64,000 nt of DNA from Ophelia neglecta. Taxonomy: Eukaryota. Below the pieces are notes generated by a model. It searched no databases. It was not told the origin of the DNA and saw only the letters and a list, made by a program, of their open reading frames with translations. Position 1 is the stretch's first letter. Each line of letters begins with the position of its first letter. Location of the stretch: NCBI GenBank assembly GCA_965285935.1, contig OZ260661.1:135408001-135472000 (forward strand), given 5' to 3'. A program made the translations under genes and the position numbers. Of this stretch, positions 53,561 through 64,000 are shown one piece after another.

Positions 53561-54893
53561 ATATTTCAACTAAAATAATTAGGAAGAAATTGTCATCATA
53601 CAACCTAAACTTCGATCTGTGGTTAGCCAATTTGCAATTACTATCCACAAGTATAGAAAAAGCTGATGCAATGAAGAAAGTGACTGTTATTGCTTAGAAA
53701 ATGAGCTAAAGCAAATATTATTGGTCATCATCAATAAAAACATGTATGTTCATGTATCTGACCACATTGCATAAAATATTGATCACTATTGCCTGACAAT
53801 GCAATAAAATGACATAAAAATCGCCAATGAAGCCTAATATTTGTCACTATTCCAAAGCTGTTGTACACTTTTGGTGACTATTACCTGAAAATCAGAAACA
53901 ACATAATGGAAATATAGTATCCTGGGAGGATAACTGTGCGAGTACCCCATCCCCATGCTCCACGATTTTCCACCGCCTTGCATCCCCCTGCACGGGTTCC
54001 ATCTCCCTCAATGTGTTCCATCCCCCTCCATGCGTTCCATCCCCTTCCATGGGTTCCATCTCGAGGAATTACATTTCGTGGCCAATGAAAGTGCAAAAAC
54101 ATGTTTAGCAAAAGTTCTGGCCAACCGTAAACCCGCATGCAAGGCAGTTAATTACCGCTGGAATACAGGTTGTTATAGAGTATTTTAAACACGATTTATA
54201 TTAAAAAAAATTATTGTGATATTTTAGAAATGTCAAGGAAATAATATTCAATATGCTCTCAGGGGATTGATTTTAGATGATGATGTTTAAAGAATTATGT
54301 TTATAACATCTAACCAGCAACATTAAACTATATCACACAAGAGCATTTTTTACTTATTGAATCGCACACGTTTTAAGAACATTAAAGAAATATTTCATTA
54401 ATATGTTACGAAAACATTCAGAATATTTTTTCACAAATTTTTAAATATTTTAAGATTTTATAATTATGTTTTTACGAAATGTTTCCAAAAAGACATTTGT
54501 GCAACCTAATCATACCATCATAACGTTATGAAAACGTTTGGAGTTACTTTGACCTCCATCAATGACTTCATATAGTCGTACGTGAATTAGCACCCGCGTC
54601 AAGACTCGGGCGCTAATTTAATGCCCATGTCGGAATGCTAATCATTGATGTTGGGGCAGCCAAGAGGCCAACTGCTTCTGTAGCCATCGCCAGAATTTGA
54701 AGGCGATGGAGGGCGATGGAGTGATGCTGAAAACACACGCCGTGAGAAGAGTTTCAGGAAGCTTGTTCTGTTATTCATTTAAAGTGAATAAGCTAAATCT
54801 GGTCCGACAAACGACCCCATAGCACACTGCGCCCGAGCGAGGCAGGCTGGTGTAATATATCCGAAGGTGCGAAAGTTCTCGGCGCTGCCTATA

Positions 54894-55062
54894 GGTCGTC
54901 GGACCAATGGGTCGTCGGACCAATGACGACCAATGGGTCGTCGGACCAATGGCAATGGGTCGTCGGACCAATGGGCCGTCGGACCAATGGGCCGTCGGAC
55001 TAATAGGTCGTCGGACCAATGGGCCGTCGGACTAATAGGTCGTCGGACCAATGGGCCGTCGG
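54894..55062. repeat. ~16-bp tandem repeat (gggYcgtcggacYaat)
   Basis: About nine tandem units; probably internal to a non-autonomous element. Confidence 0.85.
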
Positions 55063-55424
55063 AATATCGGGCAGTTTCCGGATAAGGCTTATGATTTGTA
55101 AGAAATACCATTCTGATAGGCCTATACATGTATAGGCCTACATAACTGGGATTCTATATTTGAGAATCGGGATTTTGTTTCTTTTAGTAACTGGGAAAAT
55201 TCAAAATATTTTACTGGGAACTGGACTGGGAAATGTCAATTTTTAAAACTGTGACCTGGGAACAGGCCCTCCTCCAACCCCCCCCCCCCCCTTATCAGGT
55301 TACGCGGAGGGATGATAATCCGAGATTCAGATTGCCTCCCTCTAATACCCCCCCCCCCCCCACCTTCCCTATATAGAATAAAATAAACTACGATTATTGT
55401 TACTACAGACATAAAACTAAAAAT

Positions 55425-55497
55425 AGCCCCCAGTGAGGATTGAACTCACGACCCCTGGTTTACAAGACCAGTGCTCTAACCACTGAGCTATGGAGGC
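55425..55497 (-). tRNA. tRNA-Thr (anticodon UGU)
   Basis: GCCTCCATAGCTCAGTGGTTAGAGCACTGGTC-TTGTAA-ACCAGGGGTCGTGAGTTCAATCCTCACTGGGGGCT: full cloverleaf, A and B boxes, followed by a T-run terminator. Confidence 0.95.
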
Positions 55498-55961
55498 TGG
55501 CGTTCCAATGAGCAGCAAGACGTTTAAAGCTTCTATCTTTGCTTGGCCAAAGCTTGGCCGTCTATCGACCATCTGATCTTTAGTAGTATCAACAGTAATA
55601 TATTTTTGTGCCATTTTTTTACGTCCTTTAGACGTTTTCAAGCCATTTTCAAGGGAATTTCACGCATTCGTTGTCAATGACTGTAAAATGCTTAATCAAT
55701 TTGGGATACAAACGTTTTATTAATCCCACATTCAATTAAGCCGTAAATCTCGGACGATATGCATGAGAATGTTTCAGAACAACAATAGATCCCAACGCAT
55801 ACTACTACTGAGGAATTATCGTATGGTCCCTAGGCAAGGAAATCAAAACATGGCCGCGTGTGACTGTGGTTGAGAATGCCTAACTTCTGAAATATATCGC
55901 TTTTATCGTGTTACACTTGAAGCCCAGACACACATTTGCTCGAAATACAACACAGAACAGC

Positions 55962-58900
55962 ATGGACCGAATTTGCGGCGAAATTTCGCTTGACCAAATA
56001 GATGATTGGTTTAAAATCGGGCGCCCAGTTCGTGGAGTAAAAACTATTTCGGCGTCCAAAACGGGGGGTCGCGCCTTGGATGCAAACGCTAAACCTATAA
56101 CAGCCCCTGTTTCTAGACAGTTCATACCGCCGTACAAACGGTAGGTGCCATTTATTTATATTAAACAAAACCAGTGTAAGTTTTTCCTTAGTTATTGGAA
56201 ACAGTATTTAATCTTTGAAAATAATATCAGTCCTGACACACTACTAGACCCACAGGGGTTTGAATTACATAAAGTTTTCTCCGATAAACAGTCCAGTATC
56301 GACCATCAACCGGCCCGGCGAAGTCAAAGATTTCGCAAGGGAACCAACGATTTTCCCGGTCAACTGTGAACACGATATTTACCTAATTGATTACGCTAAT
56401 ATATGCCACTTTCTTCCAACTTTTCCGGACCTAATACCTTCCTTCGTACATTCCCTTCTAATCCTCCAACATGTTTAAGTTGACAAATCCCCCAAAATTT
56501 ACAAACGCAGCCAAAGTGTTTTTCCTTCTGCTAACTGATAAAAAGTCATTAATGGCGGACGTTAGAACGGGCAAAATGAGAAGTGGCTCCTGATTGGTCC
56601 AAAATAAAAAAAAAAAACAATCAGAAGCCACGAACACTTTTGCCTCGGAGCTCGCCGCCATTTCCGTTCACAGATGATCGGGAAACTGGCTAAAAAGTTC
56701 GATTTACGTGTTTGAACCTGTCCAGGACATTTATTACGAACCAAGGCCATATATTTGCACTGAAATTGAGTAAAATTGCTATCGACGAATAAAAGGAAAT
56801 TTATTTATTTTCTGACTTTCCGCTAAAACAGGCAATAACTTAGCCCGAATTCCGGCCCCCCCCCCCCCCCCCCCCCCAGATCTCCGGGAAAATCTTTGGT
56901 TCCCTTGCGGAGTCTTCGACTCTGCGGGGTGGGTTGATGGTGGATACTGGTGAACGGACTGTTTATCGGAGACAACTTTATGTAATTCAGATCCCTGTGA
57001 CTAGACCGGGCAGAGATCAGACCAGGCCGGTGTATTTAAAATGCGCAACCACTCCAAACCCGCTGGATATTAACCCAAACCAAGTTGAAACAACAAGGTA
57101 TTAGGGCGAAATGCTTCAGGATTGTTGCTAAAGTTGTTTTTTAATAACTTGCTGAGCAATCGGGCCATTTAGTAGCAAAAAAACGAGCTAACTTGTTCGC
57201 CCGTTCTCCTGTGTTTACGTTAGATCGCGGCCATGACACCTGCACATCACACGCCCTCTGGTAGCGACTGCCCCGGATGTGCAGGTGTCATGGCCGCGAT
57301 CAACCGTAAACAACGGAGAACAAGTTAGCTCGTTTTTTGCTACTAAATGGCCCATTGCTCAGCAAGTTATTCAAAAACAACTGTAGCACCAATCCTGATG
57401 CATTTCGCCCCAAAACCTTGCTTTTCCAGCTCAGTTTGGGTAATTATTCAGTGGGTTTGGGGTGGTTGCGCAATTTAAATACACCCAACCAGGCGTTTGG
57501 GTCAGTTTTTTATAGGTTATTAAGGCCAGTCATAAAAATATTCCGGTTGCGGGTATCCCGCCCGGTCGCCTCAGAAAGTGCCGGTTGTAAACTTTTTTTG
57601 AGTATTCCCTGTTTGACATTTTTTACCATCCATTTTGGAAGGTCACATGATCTTTCTAAGCGTACAAATGGGTCACGTAGCCAGCCGAGCCATCACAAAA
57701 TTAAAAGTCATTGAAAAAAATAGTTTTATCTTCAATAAACTTTGTGCAGTAGACACAATAAACTTAATTACTAGTAATTAACCCAATAACAAAGCATGTC
57801 TTAGTTTAAAACGAGCTTTAGAAGAATTTCGTCATTGTAAAGAGGTCAGGTAAGGCTGTTCAAAGATAGCGGCTATCGATGTCCAGTCTTGCAATTTGCC
57901 TGAAGTGCAGAAGTGTTTTTTTCAAACAAGGCATGTTGGCCGTTGGGCATAAATGGCAGATGCACAAGATGCAGACCCAGTTATTCGCAATATGTAATAT
58001 AGGCTCCTTAGGCTCCCCGCCATTTTTACAACACAGGCAGGCTAGATTTGGTCGAGCTCAGCTCCGGCATGACACACGTGCACACCAGGCGTCAGTCTGC
58101 CGGTGACAAAGTCGCTTGTTAACGATCGCGATTTCATTCAAAAACGTAAAGCTAAAAAAATTGTCTAATTTGGGTATAAAAAAAAATTCCCTCCCGTCCG
58201 GTTCGAATTTTTTATCGGCATGATACCCGCAACTGAGATATTTTTAAGACTGGCCTAATAAACAATCTCTTGTTTATTACCATCACATCATACCACAAAA
58301 CACATGCATATCTGACCGGGAAACACATATCTTGCGATATCAATTGGTAAAATTTGATCTTCGATCATCCGTCGTAATAATAAAGCAATCATCGACGTGA
58401 CCATGAAAATAAACCCAGTGACTACTTACAAGCAGTAATGGCCCCAAAATGTGGTCAATTTTTGTTCAAATAGACACTGTGTCTATGTATACAGGTAGAA
58501 AAATGGCGAATACGAAGCATTCATCATACCCAGATAAGTCTGTGAATGTGGTTGCAAATATGCTGTAGTCCGCCAGGCGGCAGCAAGTGAGCTTGAGGTC
58601 AAGCTGATAGCGCATGATTCGTTGAATCTCAATCGCTGATGTTTCCCCAGTAGATCTATGGAAACTTCCGCAAATATAATGTTAGCAACTGCATATCCAA
58701 TACTACATATATATGTCTTTAGCCTTAGGTAGAAGAGTTATATTTTTTGTTTTGGAATGTATTTGAGCGATTTATTCAATTCAAAATCCAGCTATTGACT
58801 ACCGGTAAATATCAATAAAAAAAAGCTACAACAATGAGACAAATGAAGGGACAAATCTTAATTTATATTAATTTTTATAACTTATTAATATAAGCATGAT

Positions 58901-61900
58901 AAGGATGAGTGTGAAAATGTGTCTACATGGTTGATTAAAAAAAAAAGACTTTCCCTGATCAGAGGCTTGAACTCTTCATACATTTCATAAATATCATTGA
59001 ACGTATAAAGTTAACATATTACACTCTGTAATGTAGTGGAAACCAAAAAACGGTAATCTATATCAATTTTAACTGTAGCTGTGTACTAGCCAGATCGCCT
59101 TAATATATTAAATATATCGGAAAGTATGTGCACACTAAACAACATTTTCAAAACACCATAAATATTATTATGTTTATACATGAAAAGTCAAAAAACAATT
59201 GAATAATTTATAGCGATTCAAATTTTCTGGAAAAAATCAATATAGTGCCCGAAACTAACATAAATGACTGTTTGGCAGAAAAGACAAGCTAATAGCTAGG
59301 CTTGAAGTATGAAGACCACATATGGTATATGGGTAATGACGGCCAATGGGTACCACTAGATCAAATCTGTAAAATTATGTCATATAAATGCTAGTATACC
59401 TGCATTGTCCCAAAACTACAGCATTTTCATTCAACGATCAGTTACCATTAATTTAGCTGATTATTATGTATTTGTGATTAGCAAGTAAATGCCATGAACA
59501 GTCTGACACAGGGACTGCTCGGGGCAAGTAAAAATGTAAGTCGGGCACTTGATTTATAGCTTCATTGAAATCGATTTTATGTCAGCAATGCTCACAATTA
59601 AAGTTTTAGGCAAGTAAAGTTTCCAAAAGTTTTGTCAAGCCCTGAAATCTCCTGAAGTCGACTTGCTGACAGCGTTGCTGTCCTATCTCCTGGGCCTCTT
59701 TTTTTTTCAAAAATCTTCTTTTTAATTCAGACATGCACGTGCCAACAATCCAAACCAGACGGCCTATGCCAATCACTACAAGGAGCTGGAGGATGAGAGG
59801 ATGTTCAGACAAACTGCCCAGGTAATTAAATCATATTCACTTTGTAAAATGTTAATATTTTTAATGAAAAAATACATTGCAGAACCTGAAAAAATTAAAT
59901 ATATATGTACATGTATGATGCCATATATTTTAACTGTACACCAGTATAACACCACACAACAACATGACGCATGATGTTAATAACTCATCCATGAAAATTT
60001 CAGTCAATTGGCCATTTGACACATCAATAGGGGGGGGGGGGGGAGGGGGAGGAGGGGTTGGCATGGCAGGTGTTTAAAACATTCCTGTCATCCAAAGGGG
60101 GTTAAGGCCATTTATTCCCTATTGTATGGTGGTGTAAAACTAACCAGTATAGACACCCTGCTGGTCCCCCTATCTTGTTCTGTTTTCTATGCTACTATTA
60201 ACATATAATTAACTCTTTTCCCCTCAGGGTGCCCATGGTTATTACACTGAGGATGATGATGGGATGTCTGTTTCCTCCATGTCTGTGGCTTCCCTGGGTC
60301 CCAGGATGGAACAACTGGATTTAGACAGCATCCTTACAGGTATGTACCGGTCTGTGCCTTGAGCACTAGTCCTTAGCCCGAAGACTAGTAAAGCTCAACT
60401 GGACTAGTGTACTCTTCGGAACACAAATGTTGAACTTAGAATAAACGTTCGGTTTTCATGTCCATATCATATGGACATGAAATTAAATGTGACATATGAT
60501 ATGTCACATTTAATTTTCTCGAATAAATAAATTAATTCATGAAGCAAACCATAATGCCTTGGGGTAAAAATTTGGACTAGTGTCAGATATTTTTGACTAG
60601 TAGTATTCAAATTCTACTAGCCCTACTGTCTAATAGATAGAAGTAGATGAAAACACTGCTATTCAACATATAGAACACGGCACTTCTAATAATGTGTTAG
60701 GCCAATTGCCTTTAGAAGTAGGTGGGGTTGGACAGAACAGTCACCTTGTTAAAATTTTGCCCCGAGCAGGCATTGGCAAAAATTTGTGCTATGGGCTGAT
60801 GATATTCCAATAGTTTGACAACTCTCAGTCTGTAACAATAAGCTATAGATCTATTGTACTTAGTAAAGACAGTGGTAATCATTTTCTGCCTGATGAGCAA
60901 GGCAGCTTTCGACCAATCTGCAATATATAAAAACAACCAGACCACACGTTCCATTCAACTTGATATTAAACTGCATCCAACTCATGTATGGCTAACAAGT
61001 GCCAGGTAGAAAGTTCTACTGGAATAATCTGCCTTGTCCGCCATTTTATCACAGGGTTGACCGGCTAATACAGGGTAAACCTGGGGAATAAAACCTTGGT
61101 AAACCCATGTAGGGAAATATCACCAAAATGGGGAACAATGGGGATTTTTGAGGAATATATTTTCTATCAAATGAATAAAACAAATTTATATGATTTTTAA
61201 ACATTTATTTGCATGAATATTTTTATGGCCATCTAAACATGATGTTTATCCTCAGGTAATATATATCACTTGACTACTAGTGTATGATTCATTATCACTT
61301 GACTACTAGTGTATGATTCATTATCACTTGACTACTAGTGTATGATTCATTATCACTTGACGACTAGTGTATGATTCATTATCACTTGACTACTAGTGTA
61401 TGATTCATTATCACTTGACTACTAGTGTATGATTCATTATCACTTGACTACTAGTGTATGATTCATTCATTTTAATCACTAATGACAAATACCTGGTGGG
61501 TACTCTCACTATCAGAAGATCAGTGTGCTTGTTACAGTAATTCAGAAAGAGTACTGGTAGAATAAGGGGTGTTGTTTGTTCATAGCAGAGGGTGAGAAAA
61601 TCATCAGCCCTCTATGACAGAATTTAAGTGAATTTTGATTTTAATTTGCTCATTGTGAAACAGGAAGTTTTCAGGGATTCCCATTGTGTTACAATTGCTA
61701 AATAAACATGATAACTTGTATGTTAGGGACAAGGGGTGTGGGGTATAATTGCCATTAATTGGTGTTATATTGTGTATACATGTACAGTGTCTGAGGGGCT
61801 GCTAGTAGTCTGGGTATGTGTAGATCTGGTGTAAATGCCTTGACTTGTATTACATATCTGTACCACAATGTGTTGTTTAGACTAGAAGCTAAGAAGAGAG

Positions 61901-63522
61901 CTCTGTCATAGCTGCCTAGCATTAATCATCTATTTGTGTGCTTGGGAGGGAGGGTGAATTATTGGGCTAAATTGCTAGTAAATTTTTACTGCCCAGATTC
62001 CCAATAATACCCGGGTTTGACCACATTTGCCCACTGGGGAGGGCTTTAGGCATAAAACCCTGGATTAATAATCAAACATAAAAGTACATCTGCGTCCTAT
62101 ACACCAATTATTATAGTAACCCCATATATAGCACATTATTTTGACAGGTCAAGTGTTGGTTTCTGAGAGTTTATGTTTTATGCGTGCTGCTTGAGTCATA
62201 TCTTTGTATAACTACCAGGCATTGACTTAGAAACATCAGTTGGAGGCAGGTCTCGGGTTAAAATCAGAATTTTGGTATTGGGATCTGGAAAACATTAAAC
62301 ATTCGGCAATTGGTGTCTGGAAAGAAGTCAGAAATTGAGATTGGGACAGGGAGTGAAAAAATAAATTCAGGATTCAGGTGTGTGTGTGTGTGAGGGGGGG
62401 GGGACAGGGGTGTGGGTCATATAATTCATAATTAGCGGAAGGGAGGGGGCAGACCTTGTTCCCTCCCCACCCAGCCCCCGCACACCTATTTTGTATGCAA
62501 TAGCCCTCAGTAATTGAGTGTTTATCTGTGGTATTTGGGTTCTAATATATGATGAGTTAAAATATAAAGAAAATACTAGGTTAGAGTATATATATTTATT
62601 CAGCGACTATTAGGTGGTATGTACAAAGTAAAGTAATATATAAAATCTTTAAATAAAGATAAATACATGTATAAGTTACTCGGAGACAACAAATGTAATA
62701 TACCATTATAGATAGGCTCCAAGATAATATTAAAGAAAGTGACTTTACCTTCTATATAGGTGTTAATGATGTAATTTCTTATAAAGGTTATTCAAGTTAT
62801 TTCCATATCAATTCTTCCATAGACTAACAGAAAATATAATCGTAATATGGAATATAATACATGTACAATGATTTTTTACAACTTACCCAGTAGAGAACTG
62901 GATTTAAATCCTACAAAAATAAAAGGTCCTATTTGGCCAGTTGCCAGGTAGAAAGTGCTTTCAATATATTTAAGTTGATTTGCAAAATTACTGACAAATT
63001 CTACATTTCCTCATATCAAGTAGCATGTTATTATTTGCTGTTTAGGGACGACAGTGAAGCTGTTACCAGACGGGATGACGGAGGAGGAGGCAGTGAGGGT
63101 TTACGATACCTTCAACTTCAAACATAACTACGACGACAAGCTGGCCATCACCAGATACAGACAAGAGGTAGGTGACGGGCAGTCACTGACTGTGGCAGTT
63201 TCTGCGTTAGAACTTAATCTTTTTTCAAATGTTGGGCAAAAACCAGAATCGGAAACATTATATTTTACCAGGCCAGTGCTCTCTGCTGGGTATTAATAAA
63301 TTTATATGCTTTAAAAAAAAACGATTTATGGAATATGCTTTAAATTTGAGATCAAAATTGTGCTTGTTTTTATTTTTGTCTGTTTGAGAATATAATCATG
63401 ATTATAACGATTATCATGATTATAACGTAATTTTCCTTCCTCTTTCACAGATCGTTCAGACCATCGAGAGTAATCAAGTGACTGTCATACAGGGAGAAAC
63501 AGGCAGTGGGAAAACCACACAG
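55962..63522 (+). CDS. TDRD9: ATP-dependent RNA helicase TDRD9 / spindle-E, 5' part (gene continues beyond the window)
   Basis: Exons 55962-56140 (MDRICGEISLDQIDDWFKIG.., resembling the vertebrate TDRD9 N-terminus LTIEQINDWFTIG), 59731-59821, 60228-60339, 63046-63167 (..LAITRYRQE), 63451-63522 (IVQTIESNQVTVIQGETGSGKTTQ, DExH Walker A). Phases are consistent. Confidence 0.85.
57029..57485. repeat. Long imperfect palindrome (foldback/MITE-like; ~215-bp arms, 27-nt loop) in TDRD9 intron 1
   Basis: Left arm 57029-57248 is the reverse complement of 57276-57485 (e.g. gatcgcggccatgacacctgcacatc / gatgtgcaggtgtcatggccgcgatc). Confidence 0.9.
57524..58255. mobile_element. PIF/Harbinger-type non-autonomous DNA transposon
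   Basis: TAA|ggccagtcataaaaatattccggttgcgggtatc ... gatacccgcaactgagatatttttaagactggcc|TAA. Confidence 0.8.
61264..61466. repeat. 29-bp minisatellite (7 copies) in TDRD9 intron 3
   Basis: tatcacttgactactagtgtatgattcat x7, with one substitution. Confidence 0.95.
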
Positions 63523-64000
63523 GTAGGTCAGGGGCAGTGGGAAAACCACCCAGGTAGGTCAGGGGCAGTGGGAAAACCACAGAGGTAGGTCAGGGGCAGT
63601 GGGGAAACTACAGAGGTAGGTCAGGGGTAGGGGGAAAATCACACAGGTAGGTCAGGGGTGGGAATACGGGGAGAAACAGGCGGTGGAAAACTACACAGGT
63701 AGGTCAGGGGCGCTGGGAAAACCACAGAGGTAGGTCAGGGTCAGTAGAAAAACTACACAGGTAGGTCAGGGGCAGTGGGAAAACTACACAGGTAGGTCAG
63801 GGGCGGTGGGAAAACCACAGAGGTAGGTCAGGGTCAGTGGGAAAACTACACAGGTAGGTCAGGGGTAGGGGGAAAACCACAAAGGTAGGTCAGGGGTGGG
63901 AATACAGGGAGAAACAGGCAGTGGGAAAACCACACAGGTAGGTCAGGGGCAGTGGGAAAACTACACAGGTAGGTCAGGGGCAGTGGAAAAACCACACAGG
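63503..64000 (+). repeat. ~31-bp minisatellite built from the TDRD9 exon 5 / intron boundary
   Basis: About 14 copies of ggcagtgggaaaaccacacag-gtaggtcagg; the first copy is the coding GSGKTTQ plus the donor site. The array runs off the window. Confidence 0.92.

Noticed and set aside
54771-55129. ORFs with repeated SDGPLVRRPIGPTAHW units; possible CRISPR-like array
   Set aside because: Translation of a 16-bp tandem repeat; there are no unique spacers and the DNA is eukaryotic.
61264-61466. 29-bp repeat array as CRISPR
   Set aside because: Head-to-tail identical units without spacers; an ordinary minisatellite.

Overview
AT-rich, intron-rich eukaryotic DNA, most consistent with a marine invertebrate (lophotrochozoan-like repeats; the species cannot be determined from sequence alone). 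About 0-52.5 kb is a tandem cluster of at least seven related type I transmembrane C-type-lectin-domain (CTLD) receptor genes or pseudogenes, called CLR0-CLR6 here, plus one partial duplicate. They share a signal / CTLD-a / CTLD-b / stalk / TM / tail exon layout, but their tyrosine-motif tails differ strongly. A 6-exon TRAF3-like gene lies inside the cluster. A 5'-truncated LINE flanked by an exceptional 657-bp direct duplication sits upstream of that TRAF gene, and a dead copy of TRAF exon 1 lies beyond it. After the cluster come tRNA-Thr(UGU) and the first five exons of the piRNA helicase TDRD9/spindle-E, whose Walker-A exon boundary has expanded into a splice-site minisatellite. The most notable pattern is a possible sensor/signalling split. 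Three paralogs (CLR2-4) have lesions only in their lectin exons and keep an intact, phase-compatible signal-stalk-TM-tyrosine tail. The two-lectin paralog (CLR5) has an almost tyrosine-free tail in which apparent former Tyr motifs carry H/F/C. All exon models were read manually from GT/AG sites and reading frame; no expression data were available.
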